NCBI GenBank assembly: GCA_030670005.1
Contig: DAOVCL010000001.1
Location: forward strand, 1 to 41,640
Length of the DNA stretch: 41,640 nt
Reading direction: 5' to 3'
From: Candidatus Zixiibacteriota bacterium
GTDB taxonomy: Bacteria; SM23-81; DAOVCL01
The notes below the pieces were generated by a model. That model saw only the letters and a list, made by a program, of their open reading frames with translations, was not told the origin of the DNA and searched no databases. Both the position numbers and the translations under genes were made by a program. Shown piece by piece: positions 26,639-35,102 of the stretch (positions are counted from its first letter, which is position 1; each line of letters starts with the position of its first letter).

Positions 26639-27017
26639 CCACACTCTCCTTTCTATTCTCTGGAGTTTAAAGTTTTTCCCCTGACTTAGAAATAAATGGA
26701 TTTTGCGGTCACTGTCAATTTATTTTCCCCCTTGCCTTTTGGTTTTTAGAAGAAAACTAATGGCCAAGGTGGTATAAAAACCCCCGCCTTCAACATAAAG
26801 ATATTTTGCGGTTGTTGAAGGTGGGGTCGCCAGACTGCCAAAGCATTCGCTGCTTTGGTAATTAAATTCTAAGTGGGTTTTGAGAAGTTGTCAAAACAGC
26901 AAATCGGTGGCGATTTAGTATAACAACTTGGTGTGTCTGCGAAGTGTAAGGTATTAGGGCAAGCGAAATAAGCCGCAAAGCCTGTATCAGATGAAGTTGC
27001 AGCTTAGGGGGAATTTC

Positions 27018-28097
27018 TCAGAAAAATAGATGAGCCCCATGTTTCTCAAGGAATTCACGCTTGGATAATGTAATATAATCCTCAAACACGTCTTTCTTGT
27101 CTTCAGGCCAAAGAATCTTGTATCGCCTTACGAAGCCTATGACATGGTCATTGAAGGGCAACAAAAGTCTCATTTCAGCCAGAGATTTGAGCCCAGCGAG
27201 TGCCAGGTTGTCCGGAAGTGATTTTAGCGCCCTCTTAGCTGCAGGAGCACCGTACCATGCACCAGAATTAGCTTGATTTAGTAGGGCTTGAACATACCTT
27301 GCTTCCAGCTCTGTTGGGATAGCATCTTGTGCTTTGGGCACTGCAGGAGTTATTTCGTTCACTTCATTATATTGATCTTGTTCCATGGTGGCAACAATAT
27401 CTGTAAAGAATGCTATGCGAAGTCTTTCATCAGTCCCTTTGAGTAATTCCGTAGGTACAGAAGATAGGAATTTAGCCTTAGTAGAAGCTTGGCTCGATAG
27501 AGTTACTTTTCGCAAGATCTGTTCAAGAATCAATATCGCCTTTTCATCATACGTTCCACTTGAGAGGATGGCCATCAAGGAATCTCCGGCGGAATCTTGC
27601 TCAAAGGCTTCAACAAGTTTGTCCAAGACGTACGCCTGATCTTGTTCACTTAACAGCTGTAGTTTGAGGGCCAAAGGTTCTAATGGAGTACCCGGCTTTT
27701 TGGCAGCATTGAGTATTGACTTGGCATCAGATGTAGGCGTATATGAGATAGTTGGAATTGTCTTAGGAATTTCTTTGGCTGACATACTGTGTAATCTTCC
27801 GGCGATTACTTGAGCCTGGAGAACGCCGCTTTCGACTAAGGAATAGAGTTGATCACGTCTTGCTTTCAGTTCCTCTGGCGTGAATTTGTTACCTTTAGGG
27901 TGTTTAGAATCGTATGCGCCTATCTCTTGATGGCAATCAAAGCAGAGGGGGATCCCATTGTCGTCATCATTACCGCCCTCGGCTTCTTGGATGATATGAG
28001 CTGCTTCAATGTTAGTTCCACACTGTTTAAAACAGAGGCAGCATATACGAGCGCAGCGAACAAACATTCTTGCTTTGGTATTCTTATCAAAAGGCAT
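27018..28097 (-). CDS. HNH endonuclease domain protein with long alpha-helical C-terminal extension
   Basis: N-terminal CCLCFKQCGTNIEAAHIIQEAEGGNDDDNGIPLCFDCHQEIG shows a CxxC...H...N...CxxCH HNH/zinc pattern. About 280 further aa are predicted helical by composition. Confidence 0.75.
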   Translation of the reverse strand: MPFDKNTKARMFVRCARICCLCFKQCGTNIEAAHIIQEAEGGNDDDNGIPLCFDCHQEIGAYDSKHPKGNKFTPEELKARRDQLYSLVESGVLQAQVIAGRLHSMSAKEIPKTIPTISYTPTSDAKSILNAAKKPGTPLEPLALKLQLLSEQDQAYVLDKLVEAFEQDSAGDSLMAILSSGTYDEKAILILEQILRKVTLSSQASTKAKFLSSVPTELLKGTDERLRIAFFTDIVATMEQDQYNEVNEITPAVPKAQDAIPTELEARYVQALLNQANSGAWYGAPAAKRALKSLPDNLALAGLKSLAEMRLLLPFNDHVIGFVRRYKILWPEDKKDVFEDYITLSKREFLEKHGAHLFF

Positions 28098-28396
28098 TTG
28101 AAACCCATCCTGGATTTACCATCGCTTCAATCCTTACCACTCAAAACTCAGATCGGAATGTTTGACTGTTTCATTTCGTTTCAATATAATCTCGCCTACC
28201 ACCTAAATCTCGATGGTTTACCTGCTAATAACCCTTCAACACTAATATCTTCATCTAGATCTTCCCAGTGAATGCCCTGCCCTCCACCAATCAACCGGAA
28301 CTTAGCTCCCTTCGGTCGCTAACTTCTCCATAGGGTCTCACCGACCCTCTGGCGCTCCGCAATCCTGCGCTTGCTCGGATTGCTCCGCTGTCACCC

Positions 28397-28464
28397 TTGA
28401 AGGGGGCATACCCCCTTCAAACAACCCCCGACATTTCGGAATTTTTTAGAAATTCCGAAATGTC
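28397..28464. repeat. Two adjacent perfect palindromes
   Basis: TTGAAGGGGG-CATA-CCCCCTTCAA (28397-28420, 10-bp arms) and GACATTTCGGAATTT-5 nt-AAATTCCGAAATGTC (28430-28464, 15-bp arms). Confidence 0.8.
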
Positions 28465-28673
28465 CAACTATTACGCTCTTCTTGGGTTGAATGCAAAAGC
28501 CTGGGGAACCGGGCAAGCGGAACAGAAATGCTTCGTCCATCACTTAGATCAACGCTTAAGGTGTCTTCTGTTACAGTAACACTTTGTGCAGTAGGCATTT
28601 GTATTTCAACCGCCAAAGTATTCATTCCAACCCTCTAAGGTGGCAGAAGCCCTCTTCCGCCACCTTCTCCTTT

Positions 28674-28699
28674 GCCGTCAGAACAGGGGTTCTGACGGC
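28674..28699 (-). terminator. Strong hairpin 25 nt downstream of the clpC stop (non-canonical, no U-tract)
   Basis: GCCGTCAGAAC-AGGG-GTTCTGACGGC has an 11-bp perfect stem. A second hairpin, GGTGGCAGAAG-CCCT-CTTCCGCCACC, lies at 28639-28664. Confidence 0.45.
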
Positions 28700-28723
28700 T
28701 CAGGAAGATAACACCCCATCGTC

Positions 28724-31192
28724 TCAGTGGTAATTTGGCTGGGAGCGGCGGCTACTTATCTTCTTCTCCCCCCCTTTCCATCTGCTCACAAAGCTCAGCT
28801 CATTCCCTTCTCTCCCCACCTCTATCTCCGCTCCGTCAACTACATCACCGTCAAGTATCCCCTCAGCCAAGGGATCCTCAATGAGCCTCCTGATCACCCT
28901 CTTCAGTGGCCTGGCGCCAAACGAGGGATCATAACCCTTCTCCGCCAGAAGCTCCTTTGCTTCCTTGGTCAGTTTAAAGGTAAGCCTCTTCTGTTTGAGT
29001 CTCTGATTGAACTCCTGGATAAGGATATCCACTATCTTCATCATATCCTTTCTGCTAAGGGAATGGAAGACGATTACCTCATCCAATCTGTTGAGAAGCT
29101 CAGGATTGAAGGTCTTCTTCAACTCCTCCAGTAACCTCTCCTTCATCTGCTCGTAGACGGCTCCCTCTCCTGTTTTCTGGAAACCCATAGACTTCCCCTT
29201 CTCTATCTCCCTGGCCCCCATATTGGATGTCATTATCACCACCGTATCCTTGAAGCTCACCTTCCGACCAAAGCTATCGGTAAGGGTCCCCTCGTCGAGT
29301 ATCTGCAGAAGGAGATTGAAGACATCTGGATGTGCCTTCTCGATCTCATCAAGCAGAACCACTGAGTAGGGTTTCCTCCTTACCTTTTCGGTAAGCTGCC
29401 CGCCTTCCTCATAGCCCACATACCCAGGAGGGGCCCCAATGAGTCTGGAGATGGCAAACTTCTCCATATATTCAGACATATCAATCCTCACCAGGGCATC
29501 GGGGTCCTCAAAAAGGAACTCGGCTAAGGCCCTGGCCAGCTCTGTCTTACCAACCCCGGTGGGTCCCAGGAAGACAAAAGAGCCTATGGGGCGATTGGGA
29601 GCCTTCAATCCAACCCTCGTCCTCCTTATGGCCCGAGAGATGGCCCTTATGGCCTCATCCTGTCCCACTATCCTCCTGTGTAGCTCCTCCTCCATCCTGA
29701 GAAGCTTCTGGGATTCGCTCTCCTCCAAGCGTTGGATTGGAATGTCGGTCATCTTGGAGATAACCTCGGCAATGTCGGCGGCGGTTAAGAGGACCTTGTT
29801 CTCCTTCCGCTCCTTCTCCCAGTCCTGCATAGCCTTCTCTAACTTCTGGCCCAGTTTTCTCAGCTTATCCCTCAGCTCGGCAGCCCTCTCAAACTCCTGA
29901 TTTTTGACTGCCTCCTGTTTTCTGCCCTCCACCTTGGCCATCTCCCCCTCTATCTTCACGATGGATGAGGGTTTGATCAGGGAGTTGAGATGCGCCCTGG
30001 AACCCGCCTCATCGATGACATCGATGGCCTTATCGGGTTGATACCTCCCGGAGATATACCTGTCGGAGAGCTGAACTGCCGCCTCCACAGCATCCTCACT
30101 GATCACTACCTTGTGATGCTCCTCATACTTGGTCTTCAGTCCCCTGATGATCTCCACCGTCTGCTCATAGGTAGTGGGGTCCACCATCACCGGCTGAAAC
30201 CTTCGCTCCAAGGCCCCGTCCTTTTCGATATGTTTCCTGTATTCATCCAAGGTGGTGGCACCTATACATTGTAGCTCTCCCCGGGAGAGAGCGGGCTTGA
30301 ATATGTTGGAGGCATCCAGTGAACCCTCTGCACCTCCTGCTCCCACGATGGTGTGCAGCTCATCTATGAAGAGGATGACATTGGCGCTATTTTTTATCTC
30401 GTTTATCACCGCCTTGATCCTCTCCTCAAACTGGCCGCGATACTTGGTTCCGGCAACCAGGGCGGCCAGATCCAGGGTTACCACCCTCTTCTCGCTCAGG
30501 ATCTGGGGCACCTCACCGGTCACAATCCTCTGAGCCAAACCCTCCACTATAGCGGTCTTACCCACACCTGGCTCCCCAATGAGAGCTGGGTTGTTCTTTT
30601 TTCTCCTGCTCAAAATCTGGGTCACCCTTTGGATCTCCTTCTGACGGCCAATTATGGGGTCAATCTTTCCCTTCCTGGCTAGATCGGTGAGATCTCGGCC
30701 AAAGTGATCCAGGGCTGGTGTTTTGCTCTTTCTGCCAGGGGCACCGGCTGCGGCCTCGCCAGAGGAGATCTTCCTCAGTTCCTCAAAGACGATTTGATAG
30801 TCCACATCATACATAGCAAGTATCTGGGAGGCCACACTCTTTGGATCCTTGAGGATGGCCAGAAGTAGGTGCTCAGTCCCCACATTCTTAGAATTGGTAA
30901 GCCTGGCCTCTTGAGCAGCGATCTCCAGCACCCTTCTCGCCCGGGGGGTAAATGGTATCTGGCCAATGGTCAGGGTCCCTCCGGTAGCAGCCACTGCCTC
31001 CTCAATGGATTGCTTTAACTCGTCCAACTCCAAATCCAGGTTTAAAAGGATGGAAATAGCCATCCCTTCCCCCTCCCTGATTATCCCTAAGAGGAGGTGT
31101 TCAGTGCCTATATAATCATGCCTTAATCTTCCTGCCTCCTCTCTGGCGAACTGAATTACCCTTTTCACCCTCTCACTGAACATTCCATCCAT
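28724..31192 (-). CDS. clpC: ATP-dependent Clp protease ATP-binding subunit ClpC
   Basis: Double Clp_N repeats, a UVR-like motif [13 protein letters not shown], and two AAA+ modules ([15 protein letters not shown] and [15 protein letters not shown]). 822 aa. An alternative ATG at 31183 gives MFSERV... Confidence 0.95.
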   Translation of the reverse strand: MDGMFSERVKRVIQFAREEAGRLRHDYIGTEHLLLGIIREGEGMAISILLNLDLELDELKQSIEEAVAATGGTLTIGQIPFTPRARRVLEIAAQEARLTNSKNVGTEHLLLAILKDPKSVASQILAMYDVDYQIVFEELRKISSGEAAAGAPGRKSKTPALDHFGRDLTDLARKGKIDPIIGRQKEIQRVTQILSRRKKNNPALIGEPGVGKTAIVEGLAQRIVTGEVPQILSEKRVVTLDLAALVAGTKYRGQFEERIKAVINEIKNSANVILFIDELHTIVGAGGAEGSLDASNIFKPALSRGELQCIGATTLDEYRKHIEKDGALERRFQPVMVDPTTYEQTVEIIRGLKTKYEEHHKVVISEDAVEAAVQLSDRYISGRYQPDKAIDVIDEAGSRAHLNSLIKPSSIVKIEGEMAKVEGRKQEAVKNQEFERAAELRDKLRKLGQKLEKAMQDWEKERKENKVLLTAADIAEVISKMTDIPIQRLEESESQKLLRMEEELHRRIVGQDEAIRAISRAIRRTRVGLKAPNRPIGSFVFLGPTGVGKTELARALAEFLFEDPDALVRIDMSEYMEKFAISRLIGAPPGYVGYEEGGQLTEKVRRKPYSVVLLDEIEKAHPDVFNLLLQILDEGTLTDSFGRKVSFKDTVVIMTSNMGAREIEKGKSMGFQKTGEGAVYEQMKERLLEELKKTFNPELLNRLDEVIVFHSLSRKDMMKIVDILIQEFNQRLKQKRLTFKLTKEAKELLAEKGYDPSFGARPLKRVIRRLIEDPLAEGILDGDVVDGAEIEVGREGNELSFVSRWKGGEKKISSRRSQPNYH

Positions 31193-32252
31193 CTTGCTCT
31201 CCTTTAGATAGTTTTTCCCTCACCAGGGTAGCTCTCTCCACATCCCTTTCCGGAGCATCAATCACCAGATTTAGGTTCTTCTGCAGGTGGGCAGGTTGGG
31301 TCAACAGAAGCAATTGGTTAATGGTCAGAAGGGAAACAGAACCTATTACCCCCATTCCCAACCCCAACCTGAGGGCAGAGAGAAGATTCATCACCTCCTG
31401 AGAGGTGAGAACTCGCGCATTTCGCAGTATCCCATAGGCCCGCCAGATCTTGTCCTCGATCTGATCCCGGGCATCTTTAATTAAGGTCTCCCTTGCTTTC
31501 TCCTCATAGGCGATGACCTGCCTGGTAATCCTCTCTAAATTCTCTATGATCTCTTCCTCGGATCTCCCCAAAGTAGTCTGATTCGATATCTGGAAGAGGT
31601 TTCCTAAAACATTGGTCCCCTCCCCATAGAAACCCCTGACCACGAACCCTACCTGGGAGACCCCTTTGAGGACCTTGTTTATGTTGTTGGTCAATACCAG
31701 CCCGGGAAGGTGGATAAGGACCGAGGCCCTAAGACCTGTGCCGGTATTGGTGGGACAGGCGGTGAGAAAACCGAATCTCTCAGAGAAGGAGAATTCCATC
31801 CCTTGGCTGAGTTGGTCATCTGCACGGTCAGCTATCTCCCAGGCAGAATTGGGCTGAAACCCCGACTGGATAACCTGAATGCGGAGGTGATCCTCCTCAT
31901 TGACCATTATGCTCACCACCTCACCCTCACCCACAAAGAGTCCCTCAATTCCCCCATCTCGGCCAAACCCAGGGGAAGTCAGATGCCTCTCCACCAAAAA
32001 ATCCTTGTCCAGATCAGAGAGGTCATCCATAGGGAGAAAGAGACCTTTTTTAGAAGGCCAGAAATCCCCCACCCCATCTCGCACGGCTCCCAAGACCTGG
32101 GTCAACTGTTCCTTGCTGGCATAATGGACGAAGGGGAGTCCCTTCAGGTTGCGCGCTAACCTCACCCGACTGGAAAGGACAAGATCGGAATGAGGACCAC
32201 TCCCATCAAGCCAGGTGGCCAGCTTCTGCTTCAAATCATCTAAAGTGGGCAT
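31173..32252 (-). CDS. mcsB: Protein arginine kinase McsB
   Basis: Guanido-kinase signature LTACPTNTGTGLRASVLIHLPGL. N-terminal LSSRVRLARNLKGLPF. 359 aa. Overlaps the clpC start. Confidence 0.9.
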   Translation of the reverse strand: MPTLDDLKQKLATWLDGSGPHSDLVLSSRVRLARNLKGLPFVHYASKEQLTQVLGAVRDGVGDFWPSKKGLFLPMDDLSDLDKDFLVERHLTSPGFGRDGGIEGLFVGEGEVVSIMVNEEDHLRIQVIQSGFQPNSAWEIADRADDQLSQGMEFSFSERFGFLTACPTNTGTGLRASVLIHLPGLVLTNNINKVLKGVSQVGFVVRGFYGEGTNVLGNLFQISNQTTLGRSEEEIIENLERITRQVIAYEEKARETLIKDARDQIEDKIWRAYGILRNARVLTSQEVMNLLSALRLGLGMGVIGSVSLLTINQLLLLTQPAHLQKNLNLVIDAPERDVERATLVREKLSKGEQDGWNVQ

Positions 32253-32408
32253 TTAACCCCGGATTATGTGTTAGGAAACCACGAGATTATCACAAAGTAT
32301 TCAAAATAAAGAACTCACAAAAATTAAGTTTAAACCCCTCTTTCACCTAAAAGGTGAAAGCCTAGATTCTTGCAAATTCTTACATAAATCTATGAAAATC
32401 CGTGTTCA

Positions 32409-32471
32409 CCCTGTTAAATAATTTAGAAATAAACGTCATCGCATTCTCAAGATGGTTTTTATTTAACGGGG
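32409..32471. repeat. 13-bp inverted repeat enclosing 37 nt within the mcsA-mcsB spacer
   Basis: CCCTGTTAAATAA (32409-32421) pairs with TTATTTAACGGGG (32459-32471), giving 12 Watson-Crick pairs and 1 T-G pair. A separate 8-bp hairpin, CTTTCACC-TAAAA-GGTGAAAG, lies at 32340-32360. Confidence 0.6.
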
Positions 32472-32499
32472 TTCATCTGCGGTTTATGCATATTTTGGG

Positions 32500-33000
32500 T
32501 TAACTGCTTTTGCTCAAATCCTTTATCATATCCCTGAGCTCGGCTGCCCTCTCAAACTCCTCACTCTCTATAGCCTTGCGCAGATTGTCCCTCAGCTTCC
32601 TCACTTCCCTCTTTAGCTCCATCTTTAAGCTCAGTTGAGGGGGTGACTTTCCCACATGCTGGTTGCTTCCATGGATCCTGCGCAGGAGATCCTTCAATTG
32701 CGAGGAGAAGGTCTCATAGCAGACCCCACAGCCAAGCTTCCCGGTTTTCTCGAATTCGGCAAAGCTATGGCCGCATCCCGGGCAGAGTATTTCAACCCCT
32801 TTTCCCTCCACTTTCTCAGGTTCTTTCTTGGTCATTCCGGCAAAAAGGTCACCCAGGGAGAAGGAGATGTTGCTTATCGCCTCCTTCAATCCTCTCTTCT
32901 CCGCACATTTTCGGCAGAGGTGGAGGACCGTTTTTTTGTCATTTACTATCTGGGTAAACTTTATGGTGGCTGGATTCTTCCCACAGTCGTCGCAAAGCAT
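32500..33000 (-). CDS. mcsA: McsA-like UvrB/UvrC-motif zinc-finger protein (arginine kinase activator)
   Basis: CxxC pairs CDDCG...CRKC and CPGCG...CGVC. C-terminal UVR motif [16 protein letters not shown]. The ATG at 33000 shares one nucleotide with the lolD stop (TGATG). Confidence 0.8.
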   Translation of the reverse strand: MLCDDCGKNPATIKFTQIVNDKKTVLHLCRKCAEKRGLKEAISNISFSLGDLFAGMTKKEPEKVEGKGVEILCPGCGHSFAEFEKTGKLGCGVCYETFSSQLKDLLRRIHGSNQHVGKSPPQLSLKMELKREVRKLRDNLRKAIESEEFERAAELRDMIKDLSKSS

Positions 33001-33677
33001 CAACCCTTCTCCTCAGTCAAAACTCCATCCTTTAACCTGTAAACCCTGTCGGCCCTAAAGGCCAATTCCTCATCATGGGTGACTATGACGAAGACCTGAC
33101 TCCGGCTACTATTTAGCTCCCAGATCAGGTTGTGCAACTCCTCGCTGCTCTTCTTATCCAAGTTCCCAGAAGGCTCATCAGCCAAAACCAGCTTTGGCTG
33201 GTTAGCCAGGGCCCTGGCTACAGCCAGCCTCTGCTGTTCGCCACCGGAGAGTTGGTTGGGGAACTGTTCAGAATGTTCCCTCAGATTTACCTGCTCCAGG
33301 AGCTCATATGCTCTCTTTTTGGCCTGCGATAGGGGAAAGCCCGCTATCAATTGGGGAATGGCGACATTCTCCCAGGCAGAGAACTCGGGCAAGAGGTGGT
33401 GAAACTGAAAGACAAAACCTAATTTCCTGCTCCTGAACTCTGCCAACCTTCTCCCATTCAAGCCCAGAACATTCTCCCCATCGATCTCGATCTTCCCCTG
33501 ATCTGGCCGATCTAAAGTTCCCAATATGTGCAGAAGGGTGCTCTTTCCTGCCCCGGATGCTCCCACCACCGAGGCAATCTCCCCCTCCTTTACCTCCATC
33601 TCCGCTCCCTTGAGAACGGGGAGAAATCCACTTCCGGAGGGAAAACCCTTAAATATGCCTTTTGCCCTTATGGTCAC
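33000..33677 (-). CDS. lolD: Lipoprotein-releasing system ATP-binding protein LolD (MacB-type ABC ATPase)
   Basis: Walker A GASGAGKST, signature LSGGEQQR, Walker B LVLADEPSGNLD. Confidence 0.8.
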   Translation of the reverse strand: MTIRAKGIFKGFPSGSGFLPVLKGAEMEVKEGEIASVVGASGAGKSTLLHILGTLDRPDQGKIEIDGENVLGLNGRRLAEFRSRKLGFVFQFHHLLPEFSAWENVAIPQLIAGFPLSQAKKRAYELLEQVNLREHSEQFPNQLSGGEQQRLAVARALANQPKLVLADEPSGNLDKKSSEELHNLIWELNSSRSQVFVIVTHDEELAFRADRVYRLKDGVLTEEKG

Positions 33678-33818
33678 CCCAACTCCTCCTCACTAACCAC
33701 TTTCATACAAGGATAGGTGGAGAAATACAACTCCTGTAGCGAAAGATAAGTAGCAACGGAGCTGTGGTATAGATCCCCTCGCCCTTGTCATTCTTAATTC
33801 TACATTCTTCATTCTAAA

Positions 33819-35036
33819 TCAGTACCTGATTGCCTCCACCGGAACCAGCTTGGCTGCCTTGTAGGCCGGATAGAGGGAGGCCAAGGTGCATATCAATATG
33901 GAAGCCAGGGCCACCAGAACGAAATCTAAAGGATGCATATCAATGGGCAGGGAACTGATAAAATAGATCTGGGAGGGCAAGGAGACAATTCTAAAGGTCT
34001 CCTGAGCCCAACAGAGCGCATATCCGATGCCACTCCCCAAAATGGCCCCCACCACCCCCACAACCAGGCCTTCAGTTAGGAAGATGTGCCTTATTCCCTT
34101 TGGGGTAGCCCCCATTGATTTCAAGATCCCTATCTCCCTGGTCTTCTCCATCACCACCATTATCAGGGTGCTGATGATGTTGAAGGCAGCCACCAAGATT
34201 ATCAGGCAGAGAATGAGGAACATAGACCACTTCTCAATTTTCATCCAACCAAAGAGATTCTTGTGCAGATGCATCCAATCCACTGCATAATAGGGATAGC
34301 CGAGATGGCGGTCCAACTCATTGGCAACCTTCCCCGCCTGATAGTAGTCTCTGATCTTTACCTCGAGCCCGCTTACCCTATCCCCCAAATTAAAAAGTTT
34401 TTGCGCTTTGTCAAGGGAAATTAGGGCCAATTGGGAGTCATATTCATACATCCCGGTTTCGAAGATTCCGATGACCTCGAACTTGGTGACCTTGGGGAGG
34501 GAGAGACCTGGATCTAACTCCTCCTTTCCCAGGCTGAAGAGGTTTACCCTATCTCCTATGGATACCCCTAACTCCTCTGCCAGATCTGAGCCCAGGCAGA
34601 TTCCTTCCTTTAGATCAAAGTCACCGGACTTGATGTTCTCCCCTATTCTGGTAACCTTAACCTCCATTTTCGGAAGGATCCCCCTCACGGCGATACCATC
34701 GCTTGCCGTGGCAGAGGCAATTGCCGCCTTGGCAAAGACAAATGGGGAAGCGGCCACCACATCCTTCAGCTCTTCGGTCTGAGAGATAACCTTTGGGTAA
34801 TCTATCATCCCCCCTTCCTCCATAGAGAAGACAGTGATATGGGAGGTAGTCCCGATGATCCGAGAACGGACCTCAGTCTCGAAGCCATTCATCACCGAGA
34901 GCACGATCACCAAGGCCGCCACCCCCACCAATACCCCACCCACGGAGATCAGGGTGATAATGGAGATAAACTTTGACCTCTTCCTGGCCGTAAGATACCT
35001 TTTAGCAATAAAAAGCTCGTAGGACATCCAATTCAC
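33819..35036 (-). CDS. LolC/LolE-family lipoprotein-release permease (FtsX/MacB type)
   Basis: N-terminus ...ELFIAKRYLTARKRSKFISIITLISVGGVLVG. Large periplasmic domain followed by three C-terminal TM segments with the FtsX-like motif. 405 aa. Confidence 0.8.
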   Translation of the reverse strand: MNWMSYELFIAKRYLTARKRSKFISIITLISVGGVLVGVAALVIVLSVMNGFETEVRSRIIGTTSHITVFSMEEGGMIDYPKVISQTEELKDVVAASPFVFAKAAIASATASDGIAVRGILPKMEVKVTRIGENIKSGDFDLKEGICLGSDLAEELGVSIGDRVNLFSLGKEELDPGLSLPKVTKFEVIGIFETGMYEYDSQLALISLDKAQKLFNLGDRVSGLEVKIRDYYQAGKVANELDRHLGYPYYAVDWMHLHKNLFGWMKIEKWSMFLILCLIILVAAFNIISTLIMVVMEKTREIGILKSMGATPKGIRHIFLTEGLVVGVVGAILGSGIGYALCWAQETFRIVSLPSQIYFISSLPIDMHPLDFVLVALASILICTLASLYPAYKAAKLVPVEAIRY

Positions 35037-35102
35037 CTATGTGGAATTTGGCTCCCTTCGTTCGTTAATTTCCCCTTGAGTTCCACCCCCATAGACCCAG
35101 CT

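Larger units (their letters stand above)
20189..28723. mobile_element. Candidate integrated plasmid-like / defence island (boundaries approximate)
   Basis: Contains the only plus-strand gene block in the window (XRE, two Rep-like proteins, RuvC-like). Nuclease genes are separated by 150-370-bp gaps. Hand-counted 60-nt lines give about 35% GC (25201-25260) and 42% (22201-22260), against 52% (8041-8100) and 50% (19021-19080) in flanking genes. Both ends are long ORF-free regions rich in hairpins. Confidence 0.4.

Noticed and set aside
28397-28579. 60-aa plus-strand ORF in the island / clpC spacer.
   Set aside because: It starts inside the 10-bp palindrome and reads through the 15-bp palindrome. 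It has no SD and is most likely noncoding.
20189-28723. Considered calling the island a prophage.
   Set aside because: No terminase, portal, capsid, tail or lysis genes are recognisable. Only regulator, Rep-like, resolvase and nuclease-type genes are present.
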